A stretch of 64,000 nucleotides of DNA from Octopus sinensis (Eukaryota), in contig NC_043013.1 of assembly GCF_006345805.1 (NCBI RefSeq), positions 56,358,001 through 56,422,000 on the forward strand, read 5' to 3'. Shown here piece by piece: positions 49,518 to 61,286 of this stretch. Below the pieces are notes generated by a model. The model searched no databases. It saw only the letters and a list, made by a program, of their open reading frames with translations, and was not told the DNA's origin. Each line of letters begins with the position of its first letter. The first letter of the stretch is position 1. A program made the translations under genes and the position numbers.

Positions 49518-52500
49518 ATATACTGTATATATATGCTCGTCACAGTGTTTCTATCCACATTTCAGGTTTCATAAGTACTATTCTGGCCATTTTTATTATA
49601 TTTACACATTTTTTGTCAATCCTGTGCCAATTTATATGTTCCAAACTGGTTTCTGGCACTATTATTACTCTGAGAATTCTGTTTTGGGGAAATGGAAGGA
49701 AACTAGCTGAACGAATTAATTGACCTTCATATTATCATGAGATTTTCACTTCTTTTTCAGAATATCAAATATATTGTTGCAAAAACAGAACTGATATCTC
49801 ACCATTGTGGCAGCAACAATTTTATCCACAATATTAGATTTATTTGTGTAATATTGTCACACAAGTTGTTCCTTTGTTGGAGCTGGTTTCTATTATAGAA
49901 AATACTTAATATACAACAAGAATGTTTTCCAAAATTATGTTCCTTTATCACAGTGAAATATTGAATATATATTATTGAAAATATTTAATATATTTTTGTA
50001 AAATAGTAATAAATGTCTTCCTTTTATTACACTAAATTCTCTTTTTGAATCAGTTTGATGATAGTTCAGTGATGCTTATGAATAAAACAGTGTCCTTAGG
50101 GGATTCTGCTATGCAAGACCTAATTTCAGCCAATATAATATTCAGCAATGTTATTAACTATGCTGGGACCTTGGGCCAAAATATAAAACAACTTCAGTTC
50201 TGCCTTGTGGCTCTACCTTGACTTCACAATTGGTAATTCTGTGAAAATGTTCAAAGTACAAACAGATATTCATTTTTAAATGCTGGCTTATTCCCATGTC
50301 TGTGTCTCTTGCAAGAAAACTGCAAACAAGCACATTCTAATAAAATAAATTTGTAAATCTTAGTTGCTGATTTAAAGTCATAAATTATATTTGGAAATTG
50401 ATCTTAATAAATGTTGATTTCATTATTAGAAAATTACTAAATGAACAAACTTGAAAATGTCTACAAACTCAATCTTTATGAAATCTTGCAATATTGAAAT
50501 CTTGTAATTTGGTGAAACATTTGCTAAATGATAACTTCAGATTTGATAAATAATTAATGGTGCCTGCTAAAGTATAATGGAATATATTCCAATAAGCATT
50601 AAATTTTTCTCTATTGTTATTCAGCAGTTCAGCTGGTTTTTCTACTTGGAATGTTTCTTTTCAGTTTGTCCAAAGCCTGAGGAGGAAGGACAAATATATT
50701 TTCTAATTCCTTGGGGAAACATGAAAGAGATACAAAGGAATGCATATTGTTTTGGTACTAAATTTTATTAAAATACTATACATATACATAACAAATATAT
50801 ATGAAACTGGGTCTATACTGATGAACTTCCAAATGTCCAAAATATCAAAGACCGCATAACAAAGGCAGGCTTCCCTTCACAAAGGCTCTCACTAATCCAA
50901 TGATGGGTGGTGCTACTGCTGTGCATACAGACAGACATCCATCTATATGTCCATCGAGCTGAGAGGCATAAAAACTAGTCAACAACACACATCAACAAAG
51001 CTGAAATAGTACTATTCATGAATATTCAGGTAATAATAAAAGATCTTACGATAAAACATGGATGCTCTTCTCTTTTCTTTCCTCTTTCCTTCCCCTGAGA
51101 GGAAAATGTACTTTCTAATGTACTTCAGCGATTATCTTCCCTGAAGTACATAGATGCTCCCTCCGCCCCCTTCTCTCTTTCTTCCTCTCTCTCTCTCCCT
51201 TTCTTGCTCTCTGTTCCCCTCTCTCTTCCTCTTGCTCTCTCTCTCTCTCTATCTCTCTTTCTCTTGCTGTTTGTTTTTCTTGCTCTCTCTTTCTCTCTCT
51301 CCCTCATTGTCATAATAGTTCAGCCATCAAGCAACAAACTCACCAACTTCTTAACCAAAAATTTGCTGCATCACCTTTTTATATATTTTTATCATTACTA
51401 CAATGGCGTCCACTTCTCCACACTGGTTGCCCTTGTGTCACCTCCCCTCAATTACTCCTGATTCACTAATCCCTCTTTCTATTATACCCTATCCATTCTC
51501 TTTACTCCACAGACCCCTTATTCAAACCCTTGTCCCCAGTTCTACTTACCCAAAATGTCAGTCTCTAGAAAGTTGTATCTCCATCACTGAACATGAGAAG
51601 GTTTTATGTTCTTGTCTGCATGCGTACAAGACAGTGTCTGGTTTTAGCATCATCAATTTCCGTGGGGTAACCATAAAATTCCTGATGTACTTCCTGTGTT
51701 TCTCTCGTTAGTTTTGTTGTACAAACTGAGAGTATCTTAAGGAACAAGCTTGCTTACTCGTCAGCTCATAGTCTTTAAAACTAAACACAGGTGCAGCATG
51801 GTGTTCTGCCATTTCCATTTGGTGCCAATAATTCTATCTGGTGAAACAAGTTGCCTTGTATCATTAAAGTTAGATAAATTCCTGCATGATTTAGGGCAAG
51901 TTGGCACAGCCATCTCTCGTTTGGTCTGTCTTATTTGTCTGGTGTATTCTTTGAGATATTGGCATTTCTCTCACTTCTTTGAATTACTCTTCCTTAAATT
52001 CAGTAGCATGTTTTTTCCATGAACACTTGCTCTTTGATGAATTTCTTTGGAGCTATTCAGCCATTTGGTTTTTGGATTTGGTTTGCAAGATTCTTTATGT
52101 GAGTTCATGTGTTGAAAATATTCTGTTGTGGGGAGAATCATTCTCTTTTGGTGGCTTATAGTTTAACACACTCACCAGTAAAATTTCCACTTCTTTCTTT
52201 TTTATTTTCCTAGAAATTTTCATTGCATCTTGCAACCCTTTCAATAAAGCGAAAATTTTAGAAAAATAAAAAAGTGGAAATTTTACCGGTGAGTGTGTTA
52301 AATTATAAGGCACCAAAAGAGAATGTCTCTCCCCAGACACAACAAAGTGGTATTTAAATATCAGTATATCCAGATAAACCAGGTTCTTCAAACAGAATTA
52401 CCATTTTCAGAAGGTATTGATACAAGAACGACTTTAACGACTACTGATGCCGATTTTATATTTTTGGAGACAAAATGTAAAAAATTGATATTTTGGGGTT

Positions 52501-53276
52501 AATTAGTTATTTGGATCAAATTGGTTCTGAGGAAAAAGAGTCTGGTGAATGAGGACAATTAATCAACGTTCTGCTAGTTCTAGTATACTAACTGCAAACT
52601 CTGACACTTTGGAATGCTTACGAAGTTCAATATTCTAAAATAATGACCTTCAACTTTTTCTTCTTGCTCACATATTAATCATTTAAATTTCAATTATTTG
52701 GTGTCAATATTAAAATCAAAAATATTTTAAGTCAGTAGATTTTGTTGCAATGAAACTGCTGCAGGAATTAGAATTGTATCCGAAACTTAACATTCAAATT
52801 TGAATTCTTTGAGTTCAATATAAAAAAAAAATCATTCAGTAAGTTTTGTTATATTAAAACTGCTGCAGGAGATTAAATTCTCTCACCTGTAACAGTTTCA
52901 CCTTCCACTAAGCTAATTTCATTGTTTACATTTCCAGTTCTGATTGTCAGCCCCATTCAATCACACAACATCTACACCATCACTCATGGCAAACAACATT
53001 CATTCAGTGAGTGATATTTATGAAGTCACCTCCCACTCATTTATTTTATGAAATATTTCTAAGAAAGTTGGATATCAAACTATTGAAATATCATTAAAAA
53101 CTATTTATATAAGGTCGTTATGCAAATAGTTAAAGGACTTAGAGCAAGTTGTTTACTGTATGGTTGTTCTTCCTGTTGTAAGCATAGAAAGAGCTTATGT
53201 TGTTAAAAAGTTTATTTTGCAACACATGATTTCAGATTCACTCCTACTGTGTGGTACCTTGGGCAAATATCTATTA

Positions 53277-53836
53277 TGAGGGTGGGTGGGGAAGTTCATA
53301 GGCTGGCTATGAAGGAGTAATGTTAGAACTGTGAAATCTTGCAGGCATTCATTTCAATGCTTTGTATTAATAACCTTGTTGTTTCTTTCCAGGTAAACTG
53401 ACATCTGACTGTTCAAAGAACACTTCAAAAGTAATTAGTAGCAGCGTCTCTTGAAGATGTACCAAATTTGGCATCGTGGTTTTATCAAGTTCCTGCAGAA
53501 AAAGGCTTTTAGTCCCCTATGGCATTCTTGCTGACATGGTTGCTACAGTAGAGGATGATGCTCCAGCTTTATCAACAATGCAAAAGTGGGTAACTGAATT
53601 TACATGAGAGAGAGTCGAGGACTTGAAGATGACACAAGGTCTGGTCTAGATGTCCTGCAACTACCACCACTGAGGAAAACATCAATCATATTCACCACAT
53701 GCTGATGGAGGACAGGTAATTGACTATAAATCAAATAACCAATGCTTTTAGCATATCCCATGAGAGGGTTGAGAATACTCTGCACAGTGAACTTGACATG
53801 ATGAAGATTTCTGCTTGGTGGGTACCACATCTTCTG
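53277..53836 (+). mobile_element. mariner transposon 5' fragment (left TIR + transposase N-terminus)
   Basis: TA|TGAGGG..AAGTTC terminus; decayed translation HRGFIKFLQKK..DMVAT..DAPALST.QKW..LEDD.RSG..HERVE..LH.EL.M.KISAWWVPHLL (WVPHEL-type motif). Confidence 0.88.
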
Positions 53837-56800
53837 GTCAAGAATGCAGGTGTTTCTATGTGGCACTGGTAATGGGAGCTTGTACCTGGCATTGGCACAG
53901 CTGCTTTTATATGGTACCAGCACCCATGAGCCTACAAAAGTAGATATATACCTAAAGTGCTGTATAGTGGGACCAGACCAGAAAACCTGTGGCTTAGAAA
54001 TGCCTTAGTTTTTTATTTCATCAGTTCTAAAGGGATGAAAGCAAATTCGACCCTGGTGGGATTCCAGCGAAGAATGTAAAGAGCCTGAAAGAATGCCGCA
54101 AGACATTTTATCCAATGCTCTAAAAAATATGCCAGCTAATAACTACAACAATAAGAGCAGCAGCAGCAGCAACAGCAGCCGTTCAAGAATTTGGACCTGG
54201 AGATCTTCATTTCCAGTGACTTCGAGGGCCACCTCCCACAGGTGTCAGGCATCAATGAAGAGCCCTCGACTACAACAAGATGACCAAAGTTTTCTTTTCC
54301 AAGGTCTGGGGTCTCCCGCCCCTAAGGCCCGAGACCATCACCTAATCACTCTTACCCGTCTTGTTGCATAACAACAACAGCAGCAGCAGCAATGGTAATA
54401 GCAGCAGCAGTAGTAGTAGTAGTAGTAGATGTTGTTGCAAGTGGAGAGCAGCAATGGCCCACCATAACAGCATATTTATAAATATTATGATTTCCCAGTA
54501 TTGAATTTTGTGCAACTGTTCTATCTCAAGAAAAAAAGTTTGTACCATCGTTTCTGCTTCAAAACTGTCAGGTTGTCACAAAGTGGCAATATGAAATCTG
54601 CTGTCAAAGAGTTTAGTATAATCTCAAGACGTATTCTTTGTCAGTTGTCAATATTTTGTATTATGTCCAAACTAAATTTGAGCCAACTTGCAAAAGCAAC
54701 ATATCATTATTTGTAGTTTTGATTGTTTTGTCATTAAGTGACATTTTTAGATGTGTAATTAACATCACATCTAATTTTCAGTAACTAATGCATCCATAAT
54801 TTCCACTTAGAACACACCATTATTTCATTTCTCTTTTATTTCGCATCATTGAGCATCAGTTTGTCAGTTCAAATTTTCTCTATGAAAGAAATTAATATTG
54901 AAGTATTTCCGCAAAAGAAAAAAGAAAAAAAGACCTACAAAAATTGTAATTGGCAACTGCATATAAAATGCTTTTGTCTCATAATTAAATAATTGCCCAC
55001 AATTTTCTTCGAAATAAATTAGTGGTATGCCGTGAACCATGAAGTAATGCTGTTACCTTCTAATTCTGTCACCTTGTTTACGAGAAGAAAAACCATTCTT
55101 TTGCTGGTGTATTCCTTACTTGTGCAACATTCCAAAATTATTTTTATCTAGTTTATTCTCAAACGAATGTTATTTATTGTTTTATTACAATTTTTCATGT
55201 TGTTACTGCTTAGCTTTAGGCTAACCCTGATTGCTAGGCTTATGATTAAAAGTATTCCGACTATGACCATCACATCTCACCACAGGTTGCCTCTCAAGTG
55301 TCAGTGGTACAATAGAATATACCAACACACTTCTGTAAAATGGTTGGCATTAGAAATGGAGAAAGATTTGGAAGAAATGCCTCATGATATTTGATACGCC
55401 TTTTGGTTTTCTAGTTTTGAATATCACCGATATCATTTCTGCTGTTTATTCTTCCAAGACCAATAAATCATATTTTAGGTGAGTGCATCTGACAAGTGTC
55501 TTATTCTAGTTGTTGTTGCTCTTTGCATTCTGGGTTCAAATCCTGCTATGGCTTACTGGGGGAGTTGGGTTAATCCTAGTTTAATGCCCACACCCAATTC
55601 TTTAATGCTTCGACTGCAGAGTCCACAGTGTTGCAACTATTCAAACCATGTCTTTGGTTTGAGGCTACCTTTCTCTCTGTCTCCTATAGACCCTGAAAAG
55701 GGCCATTCACACTGACCCTCTTTCCCTCCTGTCTAAACAATAAAGCAATTCATATAGACGTTGGCCAGACATATTTAGGGACCACACCCCACATACATAT
55801 GCGGTATTATTAATATAGAGGATCATTTAAGATTTCTTTTTAAACATTTTCTCCTACATTCATTCTGTCTCTTCCAGTCTAAAGCACCAACTGGTTTCTT
55901 TCCTCTATTATGACAAACAGAATCCCCTTTTACTTACTGACATAGTGTTATTAAGAATGCATTTCAAACTTACACCTTACACCACATGGAATTTCACTAA
56001 GATGATCATGGCTAAAGTTATTTACAACTCTACCAATCAAACCAGCATTACAGCACCATACATACATGTATGGTGCATACTAAATGAACATTTTTCAATA
56101 GATATATCTAAGAGATTGCTGAATATCAGATAATTTACATTTTAAAATAGTTTTTCAGTTGAAAATAGTTGAAGAGAAGAAATGTAAACAAAGCCTGTAT
56201 CCATTACTCCTGTCAGCAAAAATGGATTTTGATTGTAACATCTCTGATTCATTTATTAATGTCCCTACCTGCTATAAAAAAAAAATCAATAGAAATTCCA
56301 AGTAATAGACTCAATGCAAACTATAAACACACTGTAGTGGGATCATAGACATGAGATAGAGTAAATTGACAAGATGTCTATCTGTTATTCTTTATTGATG
56401 TTTATGTCTGAATGTTTGTGCTGATGTTGTTCATGAAATGTTTCCTGTTTATGAAAAACTGAAAATTACTTTTCTATGTTGATAGATATTCAGCAGCATT
56501 TTTTTTCTTTTCTGGGTTCTAGTACCCAGAAATGAACTAGAACTCATTTCAAGTAATATTCTATCACCAAAATAAACTGGTTCATTAAAATTGTGGTATA
56601 TAAAAACAGAAAAAGAGGCAGTGAATTTGAGTTTTATATATGTGCTCGCACACACACACACATGCACACACAGCAAGGGAGTGAAAGTAATGACATAGAT
56701 AATGGGAAATATTTGCAGTAATTACTCTCTGCTCCAGTCCTCTGTAATGTATCGAAGAGCGAACTGGTAATTTACTCTATTCTATATAATTAGAATAATA

Positions 56801-57139
56801 TTATTAGAAAATCTAATGAAAGTATTGTCTTGGTAGATGTAAAATTTGATTTCATTTAGATAATCACCTTTTCTTTAAGTTAACTACACTATCATAAAAA
56901 TATTTGTTTTATAGTAAATTGTAATGTATCTCGTTGGTCTCAGAACTTTCTGTTGTCTCAAAACCAATGAAGAAGACTCTTTATTATTGTGGTTGTTCCT
57001 GCTATTACGTATAACAGCCAAGTCTGCTGCAAATCACACACTGTTGTCTTATGTATGAAACGAAGCGTACAACCATGTAGCTGTGGATACCAGTAAAGAA
57101 GAGCTGAAGTTGATGGGGGGATTTATTATACAGGCACAA

Positions 57140-57300
57140 GGCCAGAAATTTGAGAGGAGGGAAACAATGAGTTATATTGACCCAAGTATATAACTAGTAT
57201 TCTATTTTTATCAGCCCTGGTAGGTAGTATGATAGGCAAAACTGACTTTGATGGGATTCAACTCAGAATGTAAAGATCTGGCAGAAACACTGCCTTCTTT
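57140..57300 (-). mobile_element. SINE family A, degenerate
   Basis: ggcacaaggccagaaattt..ttgacccaag..gactttgatgggattcaactcagaatgtaaag. Confidence 0.65.
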
Positions 57301-57514
57301 CCAATTTTCTAAATATTCTGCAAATCCACCATCCTGGCTGATATCAATTACTAAACCCAGGAAAGCAGTACTCAACTATGGCCATAATCCAATTACTGAA
57401 AACATTTACTAAACGAAGGAATACCAGTCATTATCATTATCACTTTGTAATTAACTCTTCTTTAGAAAATTACTATTTTTAAATCTCACAACAGTATTTT
57501 GGAGTAAATATTGT

Positions 57515-57887
57515 TTGCCAACATAACATGGCCATCCTGGTTTAGGACGAATGTTGCTGTAATTTAGCCCCAGGAGACATCCTCTCCAGCTGGCTATATG
57601 ACACGATCTGTGTCCTTACATTTTCGAACAAGGGAAAACTATATATTTCGAATGGGAATTTGGCAGCGCCACCTCTAGCTAAACATTTATTCTGTGCTGA
57701 TGAAGGGAAATAACCCGGAAATCGAGATACACAGATATTGTTTTGAGCTGAGTGGGGGTGCGAGATTGCCTTGTTTGAAAATATAAGGACACAGATCGTG
57801 TTGTATAGCCAGATGGAGAGGATGTCTCCTGGGGCTAAATTACAGCAACATTCGTCCTAAACCAGGACTGCCATGTTATGTTGGCAA
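57515..57887. mobile_element. Fold-back element: 119-bp inverted arms (7 mismatches) around a 135-bp spacer holding an HHR
   Basis: Arms 57515-57633 and 57769-57887 compared by hand (112/119 identical). Confidence 0.9.
57691..57735 (+). ncRNA. Minimal type-I hammerhead ribozyme motif
   Basis: TCTGTG-CTGATGA-A GGG AAATAA CCC G-GAAA-TCGAGA-TA-CACAGA. Canonical core, 6-bp stem I, stem II closed by A.G, AUA cleavage triplet. Confidence 0.75.
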
Positions 57888-58019
57888 GTAATCTTTACTC
57901 CTAACTCTTCTTTACATCAGTTGTTTTCACACTCACTTATTTTGGTGTGGAACCACAATTTTCGCCAAGATCTCAACATCTATATTTACTATATTTCAGA
58001 CACAACTCTCTGCTACCTT

Positions 58020-58190
58020 AATTCTAATTTTGGTTTCAAATTTTGGCACAAGGCCAGCATTTTCAGGGGAGGCAGTAAGTTGATTACATTGACCCCAGTA
58101 CATAACTGGTACTTATTTTATTGACCCCAGAAAGATGAAAGGAAAAGTCAACCTTGGCAGAATTTTCACTCAGAACATGAAAATGTGTGA
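58020..58190 (-). mobile_element. SINE family A, short-tail
   Basis: ggtttcaaattttggcacaaggccagc..gattacattgaccccagt..ctggtacttatttt..aaagtcaaccttggcagaatt. Confidence 0.85.
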
Positions 58191-58679
58191 ATAGCTCTGC
58201 CAGACCACTACATTCCTTGATTCCAATATCAAAACTGAAAAACGAAAAACCTGTTTCAAAGAAAGAATTTATTCCTTAAAGAAAAATTTTTTTAAATAAC
58301 ATGAAACATTATAATAATGAATACCATTCTTTCATAAAATAAATATTTATTTAATTTTACTAACAGAAACCTTCCTTTGCAGAACCCTTGAATTTTCTTA
58401 TGACCCTCACTTTGACAAACACTTATCTATGTCCTCCAGCAGGGTTCTCATCCGATTTTTTCTCTCTGTTTCTTCATTATCTTCTCTCATCTGGTCATAA
58501 CCTCTGCAGCATCCTTCAGTAATCTTCAAGCATCAATTTCCCTGGTTCCCCGAAGAGGCTCTTGTTTGGCTGTTGTCTTTGTCTCCTGGATGCCCCTCCC
58601 ATCAGCATTTCACTCTGTTGGTGGCAAGTCTGTTACAGGGCTGTAGGTTACAACGTAGAAGCTAGATTGTCAGCACTGC

Positions 58680-58734
<55 letters not shown>

Positions 58735-59216
58735 TTCATCATCATCGTCATTATCATCATCTTCATCATCATCGTCGTCGTTGTCGTCATCATCATCATC
58801 ATCATCTTCTTCTTGTTCATCATCATCATCATCTTCTTCACTACCACCACTGACTTTCCTCTCTTAATCAACGTAATAATTAACACTATCATCAGCATCT
58901 CACCTAATTTAACACTGAAATTTATTTGTCTTAACTTGGAATAAATATAATTTATTTTCCTTGGAATGATTATGGTAATTCACTGGCGGTAATATGTTAT
59001 GTTTTTGGTAACAATGCCAACTGCTCCAAATTTGGCAATGGCTCGGCTATCTCTTTGTGTCAGTGGCTTCATTTGGCAACTGTTCCAAATATTGAAAAGT
59101 GTAATGTGTTTCAAGCACCTGGTTTTCCACCAATTCCAGTTCTATAAAGGAATCTCAACTGTCCTTCAGTGAAGAGAAGAAAAAAGAACTGAGTGAGAAT
59201 GAGAGGGAGGGAGAGA

Positions 59217-59257
<41 letters not shown>

Positions 59258-59422
59258 GATGGGCAAGAGAGGGGTGAGAGGGCAGTGGAGATTTGTAAAT
59301 TCGTAAATAATTGTAGTTTATTAGGTGGGTGGCATGGAAAGAAATCACACAGAACTAGAATTTTGAAACAAATCCTGTAGGATTGATGGAGAGCAGGAAA
59401 TATACCACCATCATCATCATCA

Positions 59423-59456
<34 letters not shown>

Positions 59457-59939
59457 TTCATCATCATCGTCATTATCATCATCTTCATCATCATCGTCGT
59501 CGTTGTCGTCATCATCATCATCATCATCTTCTTCTTGTTCATCATCATCATCATCTTCTTCACTACCACCACTGACTTTCCTCTCTTAATCAACGTAATA
59601 ATTAACACTATCATCAGCATCTCACCTAATTTAACACTGAAATTTATTTGTCTTAACTTGGAATAAATATAATTTATTTTCCTTGGAATGATTATGGTAA
59701 TTCACTGGCGGTAATATGTTATGTTTTTGGTAACAATGCCAACTGCTCCAAATTTGGCAATGGCTCGGCTATCTCTTTGTGTCAGTGGCTTCATTTGGCA
59801 ACTGTTCCAAATATTGAAAAGTGTAATGTGTTTCAAGCACCTGGTTTTCCACCAATTCCAGTTCTATAAAGGAAATCTCAACTGTCCTTCAGTGAAGAGA
59901 AGAAAAAAGAACTGAGTGAGAATGAGAGGGAGGGAGAGA

Positions 59940-59982
<43 letters not shown>

Positions 59983-60150
59983 GATGGGCAAGAGAGGGGT
60001 GAGAGGGCAGTGGAGATTTGTAAATTCGTAAATAATTGTAGTTTATTAGGTGGGTGGCATGGAAAGAAATCACACAGAACTAGAATTTTGAAACAAATCC
60101 TGTAGGATTGATGGAGAGCAGGAAATATACCACCATCATCATCATCATCA
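58680..60150. repeat. Near-identical ~722-725-bp tandem duplication bounded by (CAT)n
   Basis: Anchor catcttcatc at 58731/59453 and anchor ggaaatatac at 59396/60121. The differences I saw are one extra A and one extra GA unit. Confidence 0.95.
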
Positions 60151-60526
60151 TCATCATCACCGCCACCACAAACATTACCACCACCACTACCCTCCTCCTA
60201 CTTCTCCTCCTTGTCCCCATCATCATCATCTTCATCATTATCATCATTTCAACAAGCACCTTGCATGGATCAGATGCAACTTGCTGAGGTGGTCTTTTCC
60301 TTCACCTGTTTCTGAACAAGGTGTTATTTTCTCCATGATGAGACATGTTATTCATGGAAGATTGGAAGTGAATGACAGCCCTTGTATGATATGGACGTTT
60401 GTTCACAGCCATAGCATGATGGCAAGACAATGGCAGGGTGACATTCACACACACACTCACACACACACACATACTCACACACATTCACACACACACACTC
60501 ACACACACACACACATGCACTCAATA

Positions 60527-60682
60527 GGCTTTTTACTCTTTCCATCTACTAAACCCATTCACAAGGCTTTTTTCTGCCCCAGGAATACAATAGAAAAGAA
60601 ATTATCCATGGTGCTGTGTTGTGAGATTGAACCCAAAACTGTATGATTGGAAAGCAAACTTCTTAACCATACAATCACACCT
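60527..60682 (-). mobile_element. SINE family B 5' half, degenerate
   Basis: ttccatctactaaacccattcacaaggcttt..gattgaaccc..gaaagcaaacttcttaaccatac. Confidence 0.65.
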
Positions 60683-60729
60683 TACACCATATAGATAATA
60701 TTATTTGATTATTGGTGCTTTGATATCAG

Positions 60730-60860
60730 ATCTGGCAAAATGGTAGAGCCAGTAGAGTGTTAGACAAAACACTCTCTCTTAGATTCTGGACTCAAATCTT
60801 ACCCATGTCAATTTTATGATTCATCCTCCTTGGGGTTGATAAATAATTTACCAGTCTAGT
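60730..60860 (+). mobile_element. SINE family A, degenerate
   Basis: tggcaaaatggtagag..ggactcaaatc..ggggttgataaataatttaccagt. Confidence 0.6.
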
Positions 60861-61286
60861 ATAGAATTGCTAGAATGTTCCATTGCTACTTTGTATTATT
60901 TGTTCCAGCTTTTTGTGCTTGGCGTTTGCATCCCACTGACGCCCTACGAGGGGTAGACTGAAGCTGTCTCCCAGTCTGACACCTCTTCCTGCCCCTTGGG
61001 TTCCTTTAGCAGAGTTGCAATTATAATAGACACCCCTCTTTCCCCCTTTCTTTCCCCTCTCTCTCTTTCTCTTGTTTGCCTTTTCTTTCTAGGCCAGTGG
61101 TTCCTACCCTGGAATTCATAGACCCCTGGTGGTCTGCAAAGGTAGTACTGGGGTCCAGGCACTAAATTCAAAATTTCATATATATTTACATATATATACA
61201 TAATCAAAATAAGCAACAAGGATATCCAAGGTAGTGTAGTACAATCGTTTCATGCTACTTCATTTTATTAAACACTGTAAGTATTA

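Noticed and set aside
51750-52170. Possible decayed non-LTR retrotransposon ORF on the minus strand
   Set aside because: Motif similarity is too faint to assign; the same applies to 50820-51050 and 54180-54370.
55690-55745. CCTGAAAAGGG..CCC followed by aataaagc
   Set aside because: Reminiscent of a PLE terminus but no GAAA core; insufficient.
60302-60440. RAVIHF-like peptide suggesting a mariner N-terminus
   Set aside because: A single short motif with no continuation.
61095-61277. CAGTGGTT...AAACACTG hAT-like MITE ends
   Set aside because: Only a 5-8-bp match and no 8-bp TSD (ttctaggc vs taagtatt).
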